This document shows positions 12,631 through 34,639 of a stretch of DNA of 64,000 nt, in pieces. The position numbers and the translations under genes were made by a program. Origin of the DNA: the human T2T-CHM13v2.0 reference genome, Homo sapiens. Position 1 is the first letter of the stretch; each line of letters begins with the position of its first letter. The stretch is from assembly GCF_009914755.1 (NCBI RefSeq), contig NC_060940.1. The stretch is one strand, 5' to 3'. The notes under the pieces are model-generated. The model was given only the letters and a program-made list of their open reading frames with translations, was not told where the DNA came from and did no database searches.

Positions 12631-14386
12631 AACTTTCCTTTTTATTCCAGCTACACACTAGCTAGAGATGTTTGCTTGTTATCTTCAAGGTACTGGAAAA
12701 CACAGTACCACACCCACAAAGTTTGTGAAAACTCAAGAATTATTTACCAGTGAGGCACTTTGAAATTTTAATCCTAGATTTCCCAGTGGTAAATAACTTT
12801 ATGCTAAAAAAAAATCAAAATAAATGTACTAGTGCACTTGGCATCTATTTTCTCTGAGGAAAAAGCTGTGAAATGTTAACAGTCAACATCTCTTCAAATG
12901 TTGGAACATCTACCAACCATAGACATAGCTGTGTCTATCTGGAAGAATTAGGTCTCAAAAGAGAATTTGCTTTGCAAATACTCAACAGAAAATGTGCAGA
13001 TAAAAAAAAAGTATAGCACACACATCTTTATACTGGTTAATTCAAAATGTCATAAGAGTAAATTTAAAGAAACAGGTAAATTAATTCATTTCCAGCCCAA
13101 AGCCGACTTTCAATCTTGTTTTCCCTGGATATTTATCTCTGAAAAAGCCTCTGAGATTTCTAGCAGGAGAAAGTCTATTAATTTTCCATATACTTGTTGA
13201 TGCAAAAGCTATCAGGATTATGGGTTGAATATTTCTAGTATAGGGAAAGTAAGGGATGCAATTAATCTTTGTGAACTAAAATATACCCCTTTTCATTAAT
13301 CTTTTATTGTAAATGAGCAAAGTAATTGAACCGGTACCACACTGTCAGAATGAATGCAATGCCGGTGGGATATGCTTGAGAGAGCACATACTGATTGAGT
13401 ATTAAATATCTAACGGCAATAATTTATGGTTCATTACCTCTTTTGGAGTCTCTTAGTTGCATACAGCTTGAATTCTAAGTAGTCAGACTTTTAGTTGAAA
13501 ACGGCTTTCAAATGCTGAAGGCAGCAAGTGCATGCAACCCACAATCCCCTTTAATATGGGCTGTTGTGTACCTACTTAAACTACAAGAAGAATATTTGAT
13601 GCAGAGCTGATTGTTTTAAAGACAGAAAGATGTCATCTCTTCACTCCAAAACTCCGTCTTACAAACTCTGCCATGATGGATTTATGAAAGCGTCGAGTAA
13701 CATGGACACAGAATTGAGAAAAGGGATACCGTCTAAGTAGAGATCCTGTGACTTGCTACATATTATGTAAATCCCCTTTCAGCTAGCTGGTGGGTCAGAC
13801 ATCTCAGCTTCTGGTTTAAATTGACAGTAGCTTCCCTAATTGTATTGTGCCATCCCCCGTGGTACAATTCCGTTGCACATGGAAATGGAAGCTTTTATTC
13901 TGTTGGTAACAAAATATAATCAACCTGAAGCAATGTTTATAGAAATATACGTTTTGGATTTGAAGAGTGGGTGTATTCAGACCTCTTGCAGTTTAAAAAC
14001 AAACACTGTTAAAAGAAAGAAAATGATCCTTATATCTCTGGTAAAGAGGTACTATAGCTATTTATTCAATTGTTGAGCTTTAAAGAAATTTCTTTATTTC
14101 AGTTTTACCTCGGTGTTCGAAAGAGCAGTTTATATTTAAGGTGAATTATATTTTTCTTTTTCAGAGCAAATGAGTATCTTCTTTGATTCGTGGAATCTGC
14201 TCAGTATAAAATAAACATTTTGAAATACAATTTTGAATACAAACTTCAGACATTTTGAATATAATTTGTACTTAAGTATATTATCATGTGTGAAAATGTC
14301 TACAAGCTTTTTGACACCTCTTTAACCCTATTCATATTAACAGAGACTTTTGACATAAGTGACCTTCTTTTATTCTATAACTTCAC

Positions 14387-14480
14387 TTTCTCTCTCTCTC
14401 TCTCTCTCCCCCCCATCTCTCTCTCACTCTCTCTTGCTCTCTCTCTTTTCCTCTCCCTTTTCATTTTCCTCTCTCCTGCT
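14387..14480. repeat. CT-rich low-complexity repeat
   Basis: Visible (CT)n tract. Confidence 0.9.
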
Positions 14481-15600
14481 TCTGTTATGGTTTCTAGTGA
14501 TAGTCAGTGTAATGTTTATTGCATTATAAAAAACAACAACAACAATCCTGTATCTTCCTTTTAAATTGTCTTCTGCAAAAAAATGACAAGAAAGAAAAAT
14601 GCAGTAATACAAACAATACTTAAGCCTCTTGCATGTAAAAAAAAAAAAAAGCCTGTATTTGCTATCAGACATTTTTCTCTACTATTTCTGAACTTTCTGT
14701 ATCTACTGTTTTATTTTAGTGTTTAATTTTTAAGAATTCTGGTTCTGTAATGCACTATAATTTAAAGAAGAATCTTTAAAAAAGGGGCTATAAATCTCAT
14801 AAATAATAAAGCTGAAATCCAGCAAAAATCAAGAAGCTTTAAAAAATAATATTTTAGAAAATGTCCAAGAATTCCAGAAGAAACTATTTTATCAGTCAAT
14901 CGAACTTAGCAAATAATGCCCAATCTTTCTTATCCAATGATAGGATGAATTTGTTTTGTGCTAAATGCCAGTTTAATGTTTTGACACAGGAAAGTTATAT
15001 AAAGTTAATTGATAGAAAATAAATCATATTCTCAGTAGGTACACATTAGCAGCCTTAGAAAGAGTTGAAAGTATTTATATGACTGAACAATACCTACCAC
15101 ATCAGGAAGAAAATGATGTTGTATAATCTATGACTTTGAGGACAGCCTGTAAGACAGGAAGAAAATGAGAACGTAAATGACCTTAAGGATGTAACAAGGC
15201 CAATGGAACCAGGATGATGAGAGAGGAAAAGGAAGATGAGTAGGTGCCCACCTCCAATCTCCTAAGATTATTCACATGTGAGGAAAACCAATAATCAAAA
15301 GCAATGAAGATGTGAAGGAAATGGGAAAAGATGAGTGTTATCTTGCAAGGAGTTACATCCCAGGGCATTACGAGTTTAAGAAAAATTATTAATAACAAAT
15401 AAAAACATTTAGGAATTAATCAGGAGGACATTTATAATAATTGAAATGGTAGCAAGCAGTACATTTATTACATAAATGTGACTGCCTAGCCAGGAAAGCC
15501 TCTTTCAAGAAACATGAACATGAACATCCAGATACACAAAGGATTTAATGAGTTAAATAAATTATGGTATAGTCTTTTAATATAAAACTATGCACCTGTG

Positions 15601-15931
<331 letters not shown>

Positions 15932-16107
15932 TTATTTATGTAGTAAAATGGAAAAATATTCAAAACCCAATACTAAATAAATAATAAAAAAATGAAGTGC
16001 TAAACATAGTGTGCTGTTTCATTAAAAGAAAACTACGTGTGTGCATATGAGTGTGTGTGTGTGCACCTATGAGTGTGTGTGTGCATGTGTATGTGTACAT
16101 GAAACAC

Positions 16108-16597
16108 TGATAAGCAGAATAATGGCCCCCAAAGATGTCCATGCCTTGATCCTCCTTAAAACCTATGAACACCTTACATAGTAAAAGAAGCTTTTCAGAT
16201 GTGATTAAGGTTAAGAAACTTGAGATGCAGCGATTATCCTGGATCACTCAGATATGCCCAATATATAATCATATAAATACTCAAAAGGGAGGACCTTTCC
16301 TAACTGTACTCAGAGGATCAGAGAGACGGCATCATGAGAAAAACTCTACCCACCATTCCTGTCTTTGAAGACTGGAAGAGCACAAAAGCCTAAAAATGTG
16401 GATGACCTCTAACAGCTGGACAAGGCAATGCAATAGATTCTGTCCTAGAGCTTCTGGAAAGAAATACAATCCTGTGGGCACCTTTATTTTAGCCCATTAT
16501 GGCCCCTGTGAGACTTCTGACATACAGAACTGTAAGATAAATATACGCTGCTTTAACTTCGTGGTTATTTGCTACAACAGCAATAGGAAATGAATCA
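16108..16597 (+). mobile_element. MLT1 (MLT1D-like) MaLR LTR
   Basis: GCAGAATAATGGCCCCCAAAGATGTCC start and CAGCAATAGGAAA end. Confidence 0.85.
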
Positions 16598-16689
16598 ACC
16601 GTATAAATATATGCATGCAGATATTTGCTTTTGCTTGCACAAGCTGTCTCTACAAATATACAAAATATTTTGGAAATATTGATTTCTTT

Positions 16690-20625
<3,936 letters not shown>

Positions 20626-22742
20626 AACATTTCTATTGAACAAGTATTGAATGTTAAGAGACAGATGTGCATAAGTGACTTGTTCAGTATATATTTTTGT
20701 ACTGTTCAGATTTTGAGCCATTTAATGTATCTGTTTCCAAAATAAATGTAAGTAATTTAAAATATATGCAATAACATTGTCATTCCTTCCTAAATTATGA
20801 AAGGTATGGCGCATATCCAATTTGTGCAAAAAACCCATCATATTCTTTAATAAACTTGCAGAATTTTGGTGGAAAATATAATTAATTATTGGCCAGTCAA
20901 AAGATAGGAGTTTTGCTGAGATATAGCTGATTACTATGTCTTTACTTCAGTATTTTGATTTCTGTTTTATTGTGACTCATTCTTTTTCTGCAGCAACTGC
21001 TAATTATTTCAAGTAAATTTCAAGGCGAGTTAATTCAGTGTTATTCACCTAATCATTTAACATTTATCAGTGTCCATCAGTGTTAGAAATTAGGGATTTG
21101 GAGATGAATCTCATATAGTTTTTGGTGTCAAGAAGCTCCCAAAGAGATACATCCTCAAGGAAATAATTACAGTAAAGTTTGAAAAATTTCATAAGAGGAA
21201 TAATATGGGATTTCAGAAGAAGAATCCAGAAATAACATTTTGGGAGAAAAATTGTGGCTTAGAATACTTCTGCTGGTAATAATAACTTGTCCTTTATGCA
21301 AATTAGTAAAAATAAAGATTCTTCTTCAAGACCCTTTATGAATATCTACTATAAAATTGTTGTAATAGAGATACAATTCTCTAATCACTACAAAGGAGAT
21401 AGTGACTGATAGATTAGTGAAGTACACATATGACATCCCAGGTTGCAAGAGCAGTAACATTTTCTCCATAGGATTCCTCTTAATTTAATATCCAACAGTC
21501 TTCATTTCTCATTATCAGTGTCTTCTTATGTAGAATTTAAAAAATGGGAAAAAGTACTTATAGATCAGTCTAGCAATTTCGATTGCAAAAATGCAGATTT
21601 TCTCTTTTCAGGTAGAATAGTAGGTGATGCTGTTCCACAAAAAAAGAAAAAAACTTTATGACCCAAATTGTCAGTGTGATTCTAAACATTTTCTTATGTT
21701 AAATGCCTCTTATAATTAGAATAGGTGCCAACAACAAATGAAAAAATAGTTACATAGATAGCTTACATATTAGTTACATAGAGAGCTTGAGTCAAGATAG
21801 GACTGAGGCTAACAGCAAATTAACCATAAAAATAGGGTCTGATTACTGCTGCTCAAACTTAAGCATCTTCAGTATTAAGGTAGATTCAGGATGTTTGTTG
21901 ATCCCAATGGGACATCAGGATGGAGGAAGGGGTGAGGGAGGATTCCCCAGAACAAGATGCACTCATACACAGAAACTTGGCATTTAACACTGTAATTTTC
22001 AAATTGAGAAGACCAATTTTAATTTTGTTTTATCTCCTTTTGGATCCTACTTTCTGGAGATTTGAAAATGTATTTATAGTGCTAGTAAAATCTGAACGTC
22101 TTTCCTCCTTCTCCCTAATTTTTGGATATTTCAGGAATTGGGATATGAATTATACAAATAAGAACCAGCCCCTTCTCCTGATCTGTGGGCAGCAATAGCC
22201 CCAAGGGACTGAAAAACAAGTGTTTTCTGCACTTCCTTTCAGTTTCCTAACAGCCTGTTCATGTACTTGTTCGGTAGGAAAAAGTGTTTTCTAATAACAA
22301 ATCTCTATTATGTTAATAAGTGAGGACTAAACTCTGACCTTTGTCCTCTCTTGCCCAAATTCTTACCTGGGAGGCCTGGAGAGTCATGCCCTAGGAACCA
22401 CAAAATCTCATCAGATGGGTTATATTGAACCCTATGTAATGTAATTTACTTTCCAACTTGACTGTGGCGTAACATCACAAGACAGGTATAAAAGACAATA
22501 AAAATATTTTACCCCAAAATATGTTTCTTTGCTGTATTTTAAAATGACCCTGCAAAGCCATTTTTTGTGGAAGAAAAGTTGCATCTGTAAAGAACTTCTA
22601 CTAACATAACTAGATCTTTCCTCCTTCCAGGCCCTCACAATCTTGAAGAGATGAACTGAGAGTCTAGCACCTTTTAAGGCCTGAAAAGGAAAACTTTGCC
22701 ATCTATTGTCTCTAAGGGGAGTTGCTCATGAGACTTTATTTA

Positions 22743-23307
22743 TTATTATTTTTTTTTCGGATTTCTTTTTTTTTATATTATTTTTATACTTTAAGTTTTA
22801 GGGTACATGTGCACAATGTGCAGGTTAGTTACATATGTATACATGTGCCATGCTGGTGTGCTGTACCCATTGACTCGTCATTTAGCATTAGGTATATCTC
22901 CTAATGCTATCCCTCCCCCCTCCCCCCACCCCACAACAGTCCCCAGAGTATGATGTTCCCCTTCCTGTGTCCATGTGTTCTCATTGTTCAATTCCCACCT
23001 ATGAGTGAGAACATGTGGTGTTTGGTTTTTTGTCCTTGTGATAGTTTACTGAGAATGATGATTTCCAATTTCATCCATGTCCCTACAAAGGACATGAACT
23101 CATCATTTTTTATGGCTGCATAGTATTCCATGGTGTATATGTGCCACATTTTCTTAATCCAGTCTATCATTGTTGGACATTTGGATTAGTTCCAAGTCTT
23201 TGCTATTGTGAATAGTGCCACAATAAACATACATGTGCATGTGTCTTTATAGCAGCATGATTTATAGTCCTTTTGGTATATACCCAGTAATGGGATGGCT
23301 GGGTCAA
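22743..23307 (-). mobile_element. Young L1PA (L1PA2-4-like) 3' end, the L1 half of a U6-L1 chimera
   Basis: ORF2 C-terminus MIDWIKKMWHIYTMEYYAAIKNDEFMSFVGTWMKLEIIILSKL, G-rich 3'UTR, and a T-rich tail on the + strand. Confidence 0.96.
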
Positions 23308-23414
23308 AAAAATATGGAACACTTCACGAATTTGTGTGTCATCCTTGTGCAGGGGCCATGCTAATCTTCTCTGTATCGTTCCTATTTTAGTATATGTGCT
23401 GCCGAAGTGAGCAC
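23308..23414 (-). pseudogene. RNU6: Full-length U6 snRNA retropseudogene fused 5' of an L1 3' end
   Basis: Reverse complement reads GTGCTCACTTCGGCAGCACATATACTAAAATAGGAACGATACAGAGAAGATTAGCATGGCCCCTGCACAAGGATGACACACAAATTCGTGAAGTGTTCCATATTTT. It has 5 mismatches to U6, 4 of them CpG transitions. A 13-bp TSD, GAGACTTTATTTA, lies at 22730-22742 and 23415-23427. The specific RNU6-nP number is unknown. Confidence 0.97.
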
Positions 23415-23899
23415 GAGACTTTATTTACATAATAAGAACCTTGTTCTCCACAATCCTTTATCTTAATCGAGATGCTACTTTCTATTTATTTCAGATCTTT
23501 AGATAATGACTTAACTGTTTCAACCAATTGCCAATCAGAAAATCTTTGAATCCACCTATTACCTGTATTCCCCACTCCCCTTTTTGAGTTGTCTCATCAA
23601 TGTATACCCCATATGTATTGATTGATGTTCTAAATGTCCCCCCAAAATATATAAAACCAAGTTTCAACCCATCCACCTTAGGCACATGTTTCAGGACCTC
23701 TGGAAAATGTGCCTCAGGCCTTGGTCATTCATATTTGGCTCAGAATAAACCTCTTTACATATTTTACAGCGTTTGACTCTTTTTGTCAACATAAACTTAT
23801 CTTCCTCTCAGGTTTAGAATTTCCCTTTCTCAGCCTTCATTGGACACTTATTTGTTAAGGCAACACTCTGAATAAATGACTAACCAATGTATAACTGTT

Positions 23900-24130
23900 A
23901 CACAGGCATTCATTGCAAAAAAATTATTGAGCTTCTACTGTGTGCCAGGCACATTGTTGGATTGCAGGGTGCTCATAGGCTTCAAAAGACACTGTAGTGA
24001 GTCTGACTTGAGATCATTTCTCTTCTCTAAGACTCAATTTTCTCCTTTGAAATGAGAGAAAGAAGAGTACTGACTCTCACCTGTGCTTTTGAGTGTATGC
24101 ATATCATTTTGCCCACCATTTAGCAAGAGG
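23900..24130. mobile_element. L2 and MIR fragments
   Basis: TTATTGAGCTTCTACTGTGTGCCAGGCAC (L2 end) and CTCTAAGACTCAATTTTCTC (MIR-like). Confidence 0.55.
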
Positions 24131-25604
24131 CAAATATGTGATTGTGCTTATTAAATACTTCCTTGAAATGTCAATGCATTGTATTTTCATGCCAGTGTGT
24201 AATATGTGGGAATGGGCTTTTTATTCCATTTAACACACAGTGACATTGTCTATTGATTTAATGAGGAAATTACACATGTTGTACTTTCCTATTTAGCAAA
24301 GGGTTTTGCATTAAAGGTATATCAAAGGAACACATTGCCATGGGTAGTTGGGTGCAGCACAGCCATATGGCAGAGAAAAGGCCCCACCAATCAAGCAGAC
24401 GACCTGTGGTGTCTCAGACGAGGCATACAGAAAGGCATTTTAGGAAGCAGCGAAAGGGGTTAGCCACTGGGCAGCAAACATGTGTCCAGTAAATGGTGGC
24501 CTTAATACCTCAAATCCATTTACAGTGCCTATTATTTGACACTCATTCAAAATCCAGGGAATGTGTTTTGCAGTGACCTTAGATAAAAATGAGGGAAAGC
24601 AAATAGAGTAACTATTAACATAATTACAAAGAGACCTGTTCGATCTATGCTTCATATGCCCATATGGCCGGGTATTCAGTGGACTTCAGTAGTCACTGCT
24701 CTCCTAATAAGCCCTGTTAATTAGGTAATAGGAACATTCTCTCATTGTTGACAGCAGAGTTTTCTAACTCGCTCAAATTAAACCAAGCTAATTTTGTTAA
24801 GCATTGAGATTCCAGATGGCCCCTAAGGTACACTCTGGTATGCAGGCAGGGGAATCAGTGCCTTTGTAATCCATGATCTACTTTTTTGAACTGGAAAAGC
24901 TGTTTTGGAAAAGATTATGTGGAAACCAAGAAATCAATATTCATTGTCTTATTTCCTTTCCAACAAAATTAGATAGTTAGATATTTGTATGCATGTATGG
25001 ATTTGTGTGTTTACACGTCTGTATGTAAATGTGTATATGCAAAAAGGAGCTCATCCTCTCAGCCCAACGCTTTGAAGAGTGTGTGCTCCAGATTGAAGAG
25101 CAATTTGACGGCGCAATATTCATTGACTTTCTTTTCTCTCCATCTTTGCAGAAGCTGATTTTTAAAAAGGCAGGATATTAGAGCTGGAATGGGTTTTAGT
25201 ATTTAGCTAACCAACACATTCAATTTGTATATGAGAAGACTAAGGACAAGAGGGAAATACCAATATAAGATCAAAAAATAAGTTAGTGTCGGAACCAGGA
25301 GTTAAACATTTTTCTCCTCCTGAAGAGCTAATCATGTACTTTTGTTTTTTAAAATAACACCTTCATTGAGTTATGATTTACATACCATCAAATTAATGCT
25401 TTTAAATTGTACCATTCAGTTGTATTAAGTGTTCTTTCTTAGCAATATCTGATACTATACCATCTACTCATCAGCACCTTTCTTGTCCGTAGGCCATATT
25501 TAAGATCTGAGAACAAAAGCCTTTAGTGGAAACCGTGATGATAATGAGATGATCATATTTTCTAAATGTAAGCTATCATTATGCACCAATAACTATGCTA
25601 AGTT

Positions 25605-25920
25605 CCAGTTCATGCATTCAACAAATTCTTTTGTTGAATGGCACTCAACTGCTATGTGCCAAGCACTGTTCTAGGCACTTTTTGTAAACCAAGGAGCCAA
25701 GCAAAGATCCCTGCCTTTATGAGGCAAGGGAAGAGAGAAATACACAACGTGTCAATTATATAACATTTTGAAAGATGTTAAGTGCTGTAGGAAAAAAAAG
25801 AAATCAGAACTAAGTAAAAATGCTGGCATCTCTAGATTTGTGTGGATGGGGCTGAAGAGGAAAGATTAGAATTTTGAAAAAGAAGGTCAGTGTAGGCCTC
25901 GCTGTGGAGGTGACATTATA
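25605..25920 (-). mobile_element. L2 3' fragment
   Basis: CATTCAACAAAT...CTATGTGCCAAGCACTGTTCTAGGCACT...GAGGTGACATT. Confidence 0.7.
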
Positions 25921-26699
25921 CATTTAAATGCTCAGAATAATCTTTTGAGGATGCACTTAAATATGTATTATTAACCTCTTTTAAAATTAATTCTATTGAA
26001 ATATCACAGACACATACACACAAATGTCTAGCTCAGTGAATTTTCACAAAGTGAATATGCCTGCTAACATTGCTGGGTTGTTTTTTTTTTTTTTTTTTTT
26101 TTGGCGATGAAAGAGAGAATAAGTAATGAGCTTAAGACCACATCACAAATAAGTGCCAGAGACTTAACACTTTCCTATTGACTCGGGTTATCTCAAGGAA
26201 GAGAACCTAAGGCTAGACTTCAGATTTGGAAAACTGGATAGAAAGAGAGGTGCAAGCGATGAAGTATAGAGTAGCTGGACTCTTTCACTGAACAGAAATA
26301 TTTCAGCTTTCTAAATAACAGTGGAAGGGAATTTTGAACTAACTTTCTGGGGCATCTTGTCAATAGAAATATAGAGGGGGCTGCTATGCCTCAGAGTTAC
26401 CACAGAGTGGCAGTGCTTTAGAGCTTAACTAAGTTAGCAATTGCATTCCAAAGTCCCCAGTTCAGCCCTTTTTTAGGCCTTTAAAAACAAATCACAGATC
26501 ATAGGCTCTTATACAGAAAAACACTTACATTTGGGTGAAATCTACTTTTGTATGAAAATTGCAAATACACAGAGGCAATGCAACAGTCTTCGTTGCATAT
26601 GCAATAGATATATCATTTATTTTAAGAAATAAAATGCAATAATTGCACAAAATTTGCAATTAAAGCTGTACCATAGGCTTTTTTTTGTTGTTTGGCTAA

Positions 26700-31945
<5,246 letters not shown>

Positions 31946-31947
31946 AC

Positions 31948-32040
31948 ATTTTCTTTTTTAGATTTGGGGGTACTTGTGCTTGTTAGTTACATGGGTGTTA
32001 CATGTATAATGCGGGGAGGCTAGGGTTCTAGTGTACTAAT
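31948..32040 (-). mobile_element. Short L1PB/L1MA 3'-end stub
   Basis: TTTTAGATTTGGGGGTAC...GTTACATGGGT...TTCTAGTGTAC resembles an L1 3' terminus. Confidence 0.65.
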
Positions 32041-32365
32041 TTTTTTTTTTTTTTTAAGACAGTCTTACTCTGGAAAAGCTCTGGAAAGGAACATTTATTT
32101 TTTAAGGCCAAAATATTAAAAACATTAAATTTTCCAAAATGCTCACTGCAACCTCCACCTCCCTGGCTCAAGGAATTCCCCTCTCAGTCTCCTGAGCAGG
32201 TGGGATTACAGGCGCACGCCACCACACCGGTTTTTTTGTATTTTTAATAGAGACGTGTTTTCACCAGGTTGGCCAGACTAGTGTCAAACTCCTGACCTCA
32301 GGCAATCCGCCCGCCTCGGCCTCCCAAAGTGCTGGGATTACAGACGTGAGCCATCACGCCTGGCC
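32040..32365 (-). mobile_element. AluS carrying a foreign templated insert in its right arm
   Basis: Alu dimer with TSD CTAGTGTACTAATTTTT (32028-32044) and CTAGTGTCCTAATTTTT (32367-32383). Non-Alu DNA lies at ~32073-32141. Confidence 0.93.
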
Positions 32366-32584
32366 CCTAGTGTCCTAATTTTTGATTGATTACACAGGTA
32401 TTTTCCCTTTCTGAAAATTTCCCAAAGTGCACAAGAATGATTTTTGCCCTTTTCTGTATTTATGCTTGACTTAAGTACTGGTGTAGCTTTTCAATTATAG
32501 TATAATCAGTGGTGTCCCATCACAAGTTTGTGTATTCATATTTAAATTAATAGTCATTGATAAATAGTGCAAAATATATACTAT

Positions 32585-32830
32585 TAAGCTTAAAGTTTAG
32601 TGTTTAAGAAAGGTGGGCTCTGAAGGCAGATTGTCTGGGTTTGGATACTGGCTCCTTCACTTACTATATCTGTGATTGCAGGCAAAGTACTTAACCTTCC
32701 TGAGCCTCAGCTACTGTAAAATTGAAATACCAATAATTTCTTTCTCATAGGGAAGTTGTACAACCTAATGAAATGAACTTGCCAAGGGCTTCACATATCA
32801 TAAGTATTTTGTAAACATTGGTTTTTATTA
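32585..32830 (+). mobile_element. MIR
   Basis: GGCTCTGAAGGCAGATTGTCTGGGTTTG...CTTAACCTTCCTGAGCCTCAG. Confidence 0.8.
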
Positions 32831-34310
32831 ATTACTGAAAAACCACAGACTCTGATCCAGTTTTGCCATTGTATAAGTTGAATGACCTTTATCAAGTTAC
32901 GCCCTGAGCTTTTATAGCCTCTTTAATTCAATAACAAGATGATTTATTAAGTTTACAGAGTATGTGATAATTAAATTTGAGCCACATAAGAAAATGCTTT
33001 ACAATCTATAAAACTATAATAATGAAAAGCATTATTTTAAGATATATTTTATTACAAAGATACATAAAAATATAAGACAAATTAAGGAGAAACAGTAATA
33101 TCATCTGATTATTCAGAAAATTTTAAGTATAACTGTCAACGTTTTCTGATAAAGTCTGTGATATCCAACAGATAAACATTGGCATAAAATGTCAGAAACA
33201 TGCATGACAATGACAATGACAGAAAAGGCTGACATAAAGATTAAAAACATCATTATGGAATATCAAGATAGTGCAATTTGTTACTTGCATTTCAGAGCCA
33301 CTTCAAATGGGGTCCAAGAAGAAAGGAAGTAGATATTTTGTTCCAGAGTTATAGCTGAGATTTCTTTTCTTTCATTTTCTGTTTTGATAATCTCCATTTA
33401 GGTATTAAGATACAATTGACTGTAAGACTAAGATGAATACGTATACACACATGCTAACTGAGAAAGATGAGTTGGTACTTGCCGTGATTTTCAATTGTTA
33501 GTGTTTTGATAGCACAAAATGCCATAATTGAGGGGAAATTGGGTTTTCTCCTGCTTCATACAAAGCCAGTAGTTCTATGTACTCATTTATTTTAACTGAT
33601 GTACACTTGGCAAATGCTAATCTCCAGGGTATATCTAATGCATGGCTATGACAAAAAACTTGACTCAGATCACCTTTTCTGTTTCTTTTTTTTCTTCTTT
33701 TGTAATAAACTACAAAAGTTTGGAGATACACACAATGCCCCTATAAGTTATCTCCCCCATAAACATAATACATTAAATTTCTATTCAAAAATGCAATCTT
33801 CACTTTCAAAATGAGGTTCATTATGAACTCCAACATTTAACGGAGATCTACGATGATAGAGTGTACAAATTTTACATTCTATTTTCAATTGTTAAACGTT
33901 AATTCAATGCAAAAAAACTGAGATACTATAATATGCAAACAATGGTGATTCACAGATAACTAAGAAAAACACAATTGTAGTATGTTTTAGGAAGAAAGAA
34001 AACAATATAAATAATAAAATAATAAAGTTGAGTAAAAAAATGAAGTGCTTTATATTATGAAAGAGAAAACCATCAGCATAGCATGGCCTCTGATTAACAA
34101 ATGAGACAAAGATGTCTGTAAACCCTTTGTAGGATTCAAATTCAAATTATTTGGATACAACTAAATATAAAGATTAAAAACATTTTAGAAAATTTAACAT
34201 GTTTTTAATATTTTGGCCTTAAAAAATAAATGTTCCTTTCCCTCCAAAAATTAATTAGAAGAGATTTTCATTATAAATGTTATAATTACTTGTTAAAAAT
34301 TAAAATGTTG

Positions 34311-34639
<329 letters not shown>

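Larger units (their letters stand above)
22321..23791 (+). mobile_element. MER4D-like ERV1 solo LTR, interrupted by the U6-L1 chimera
   Basis: Starts TGAGGACTAAACTCTGA and ends GGCTCAGAATAAACCTCTT...GTCAACA. TG..CA termini with near-TSD TAAG/TAAA. Confidence 0.82.

Noticed and set aside
23308-23414. Functional U6 gene
   Set aside because: It is fused to L1, TSD-flanked and CpG-decayed, and its upstream flank is LTR sequence rather than the external U6 promoter.
25128-25160. Splice-acceptor-like pyrimidine tract plus CAG (similar at ~21611 and ~38524)
   Set aside because: No supportable exon, ORF or partner donor. A lncRNA exon cannot be excluded without transcript data.
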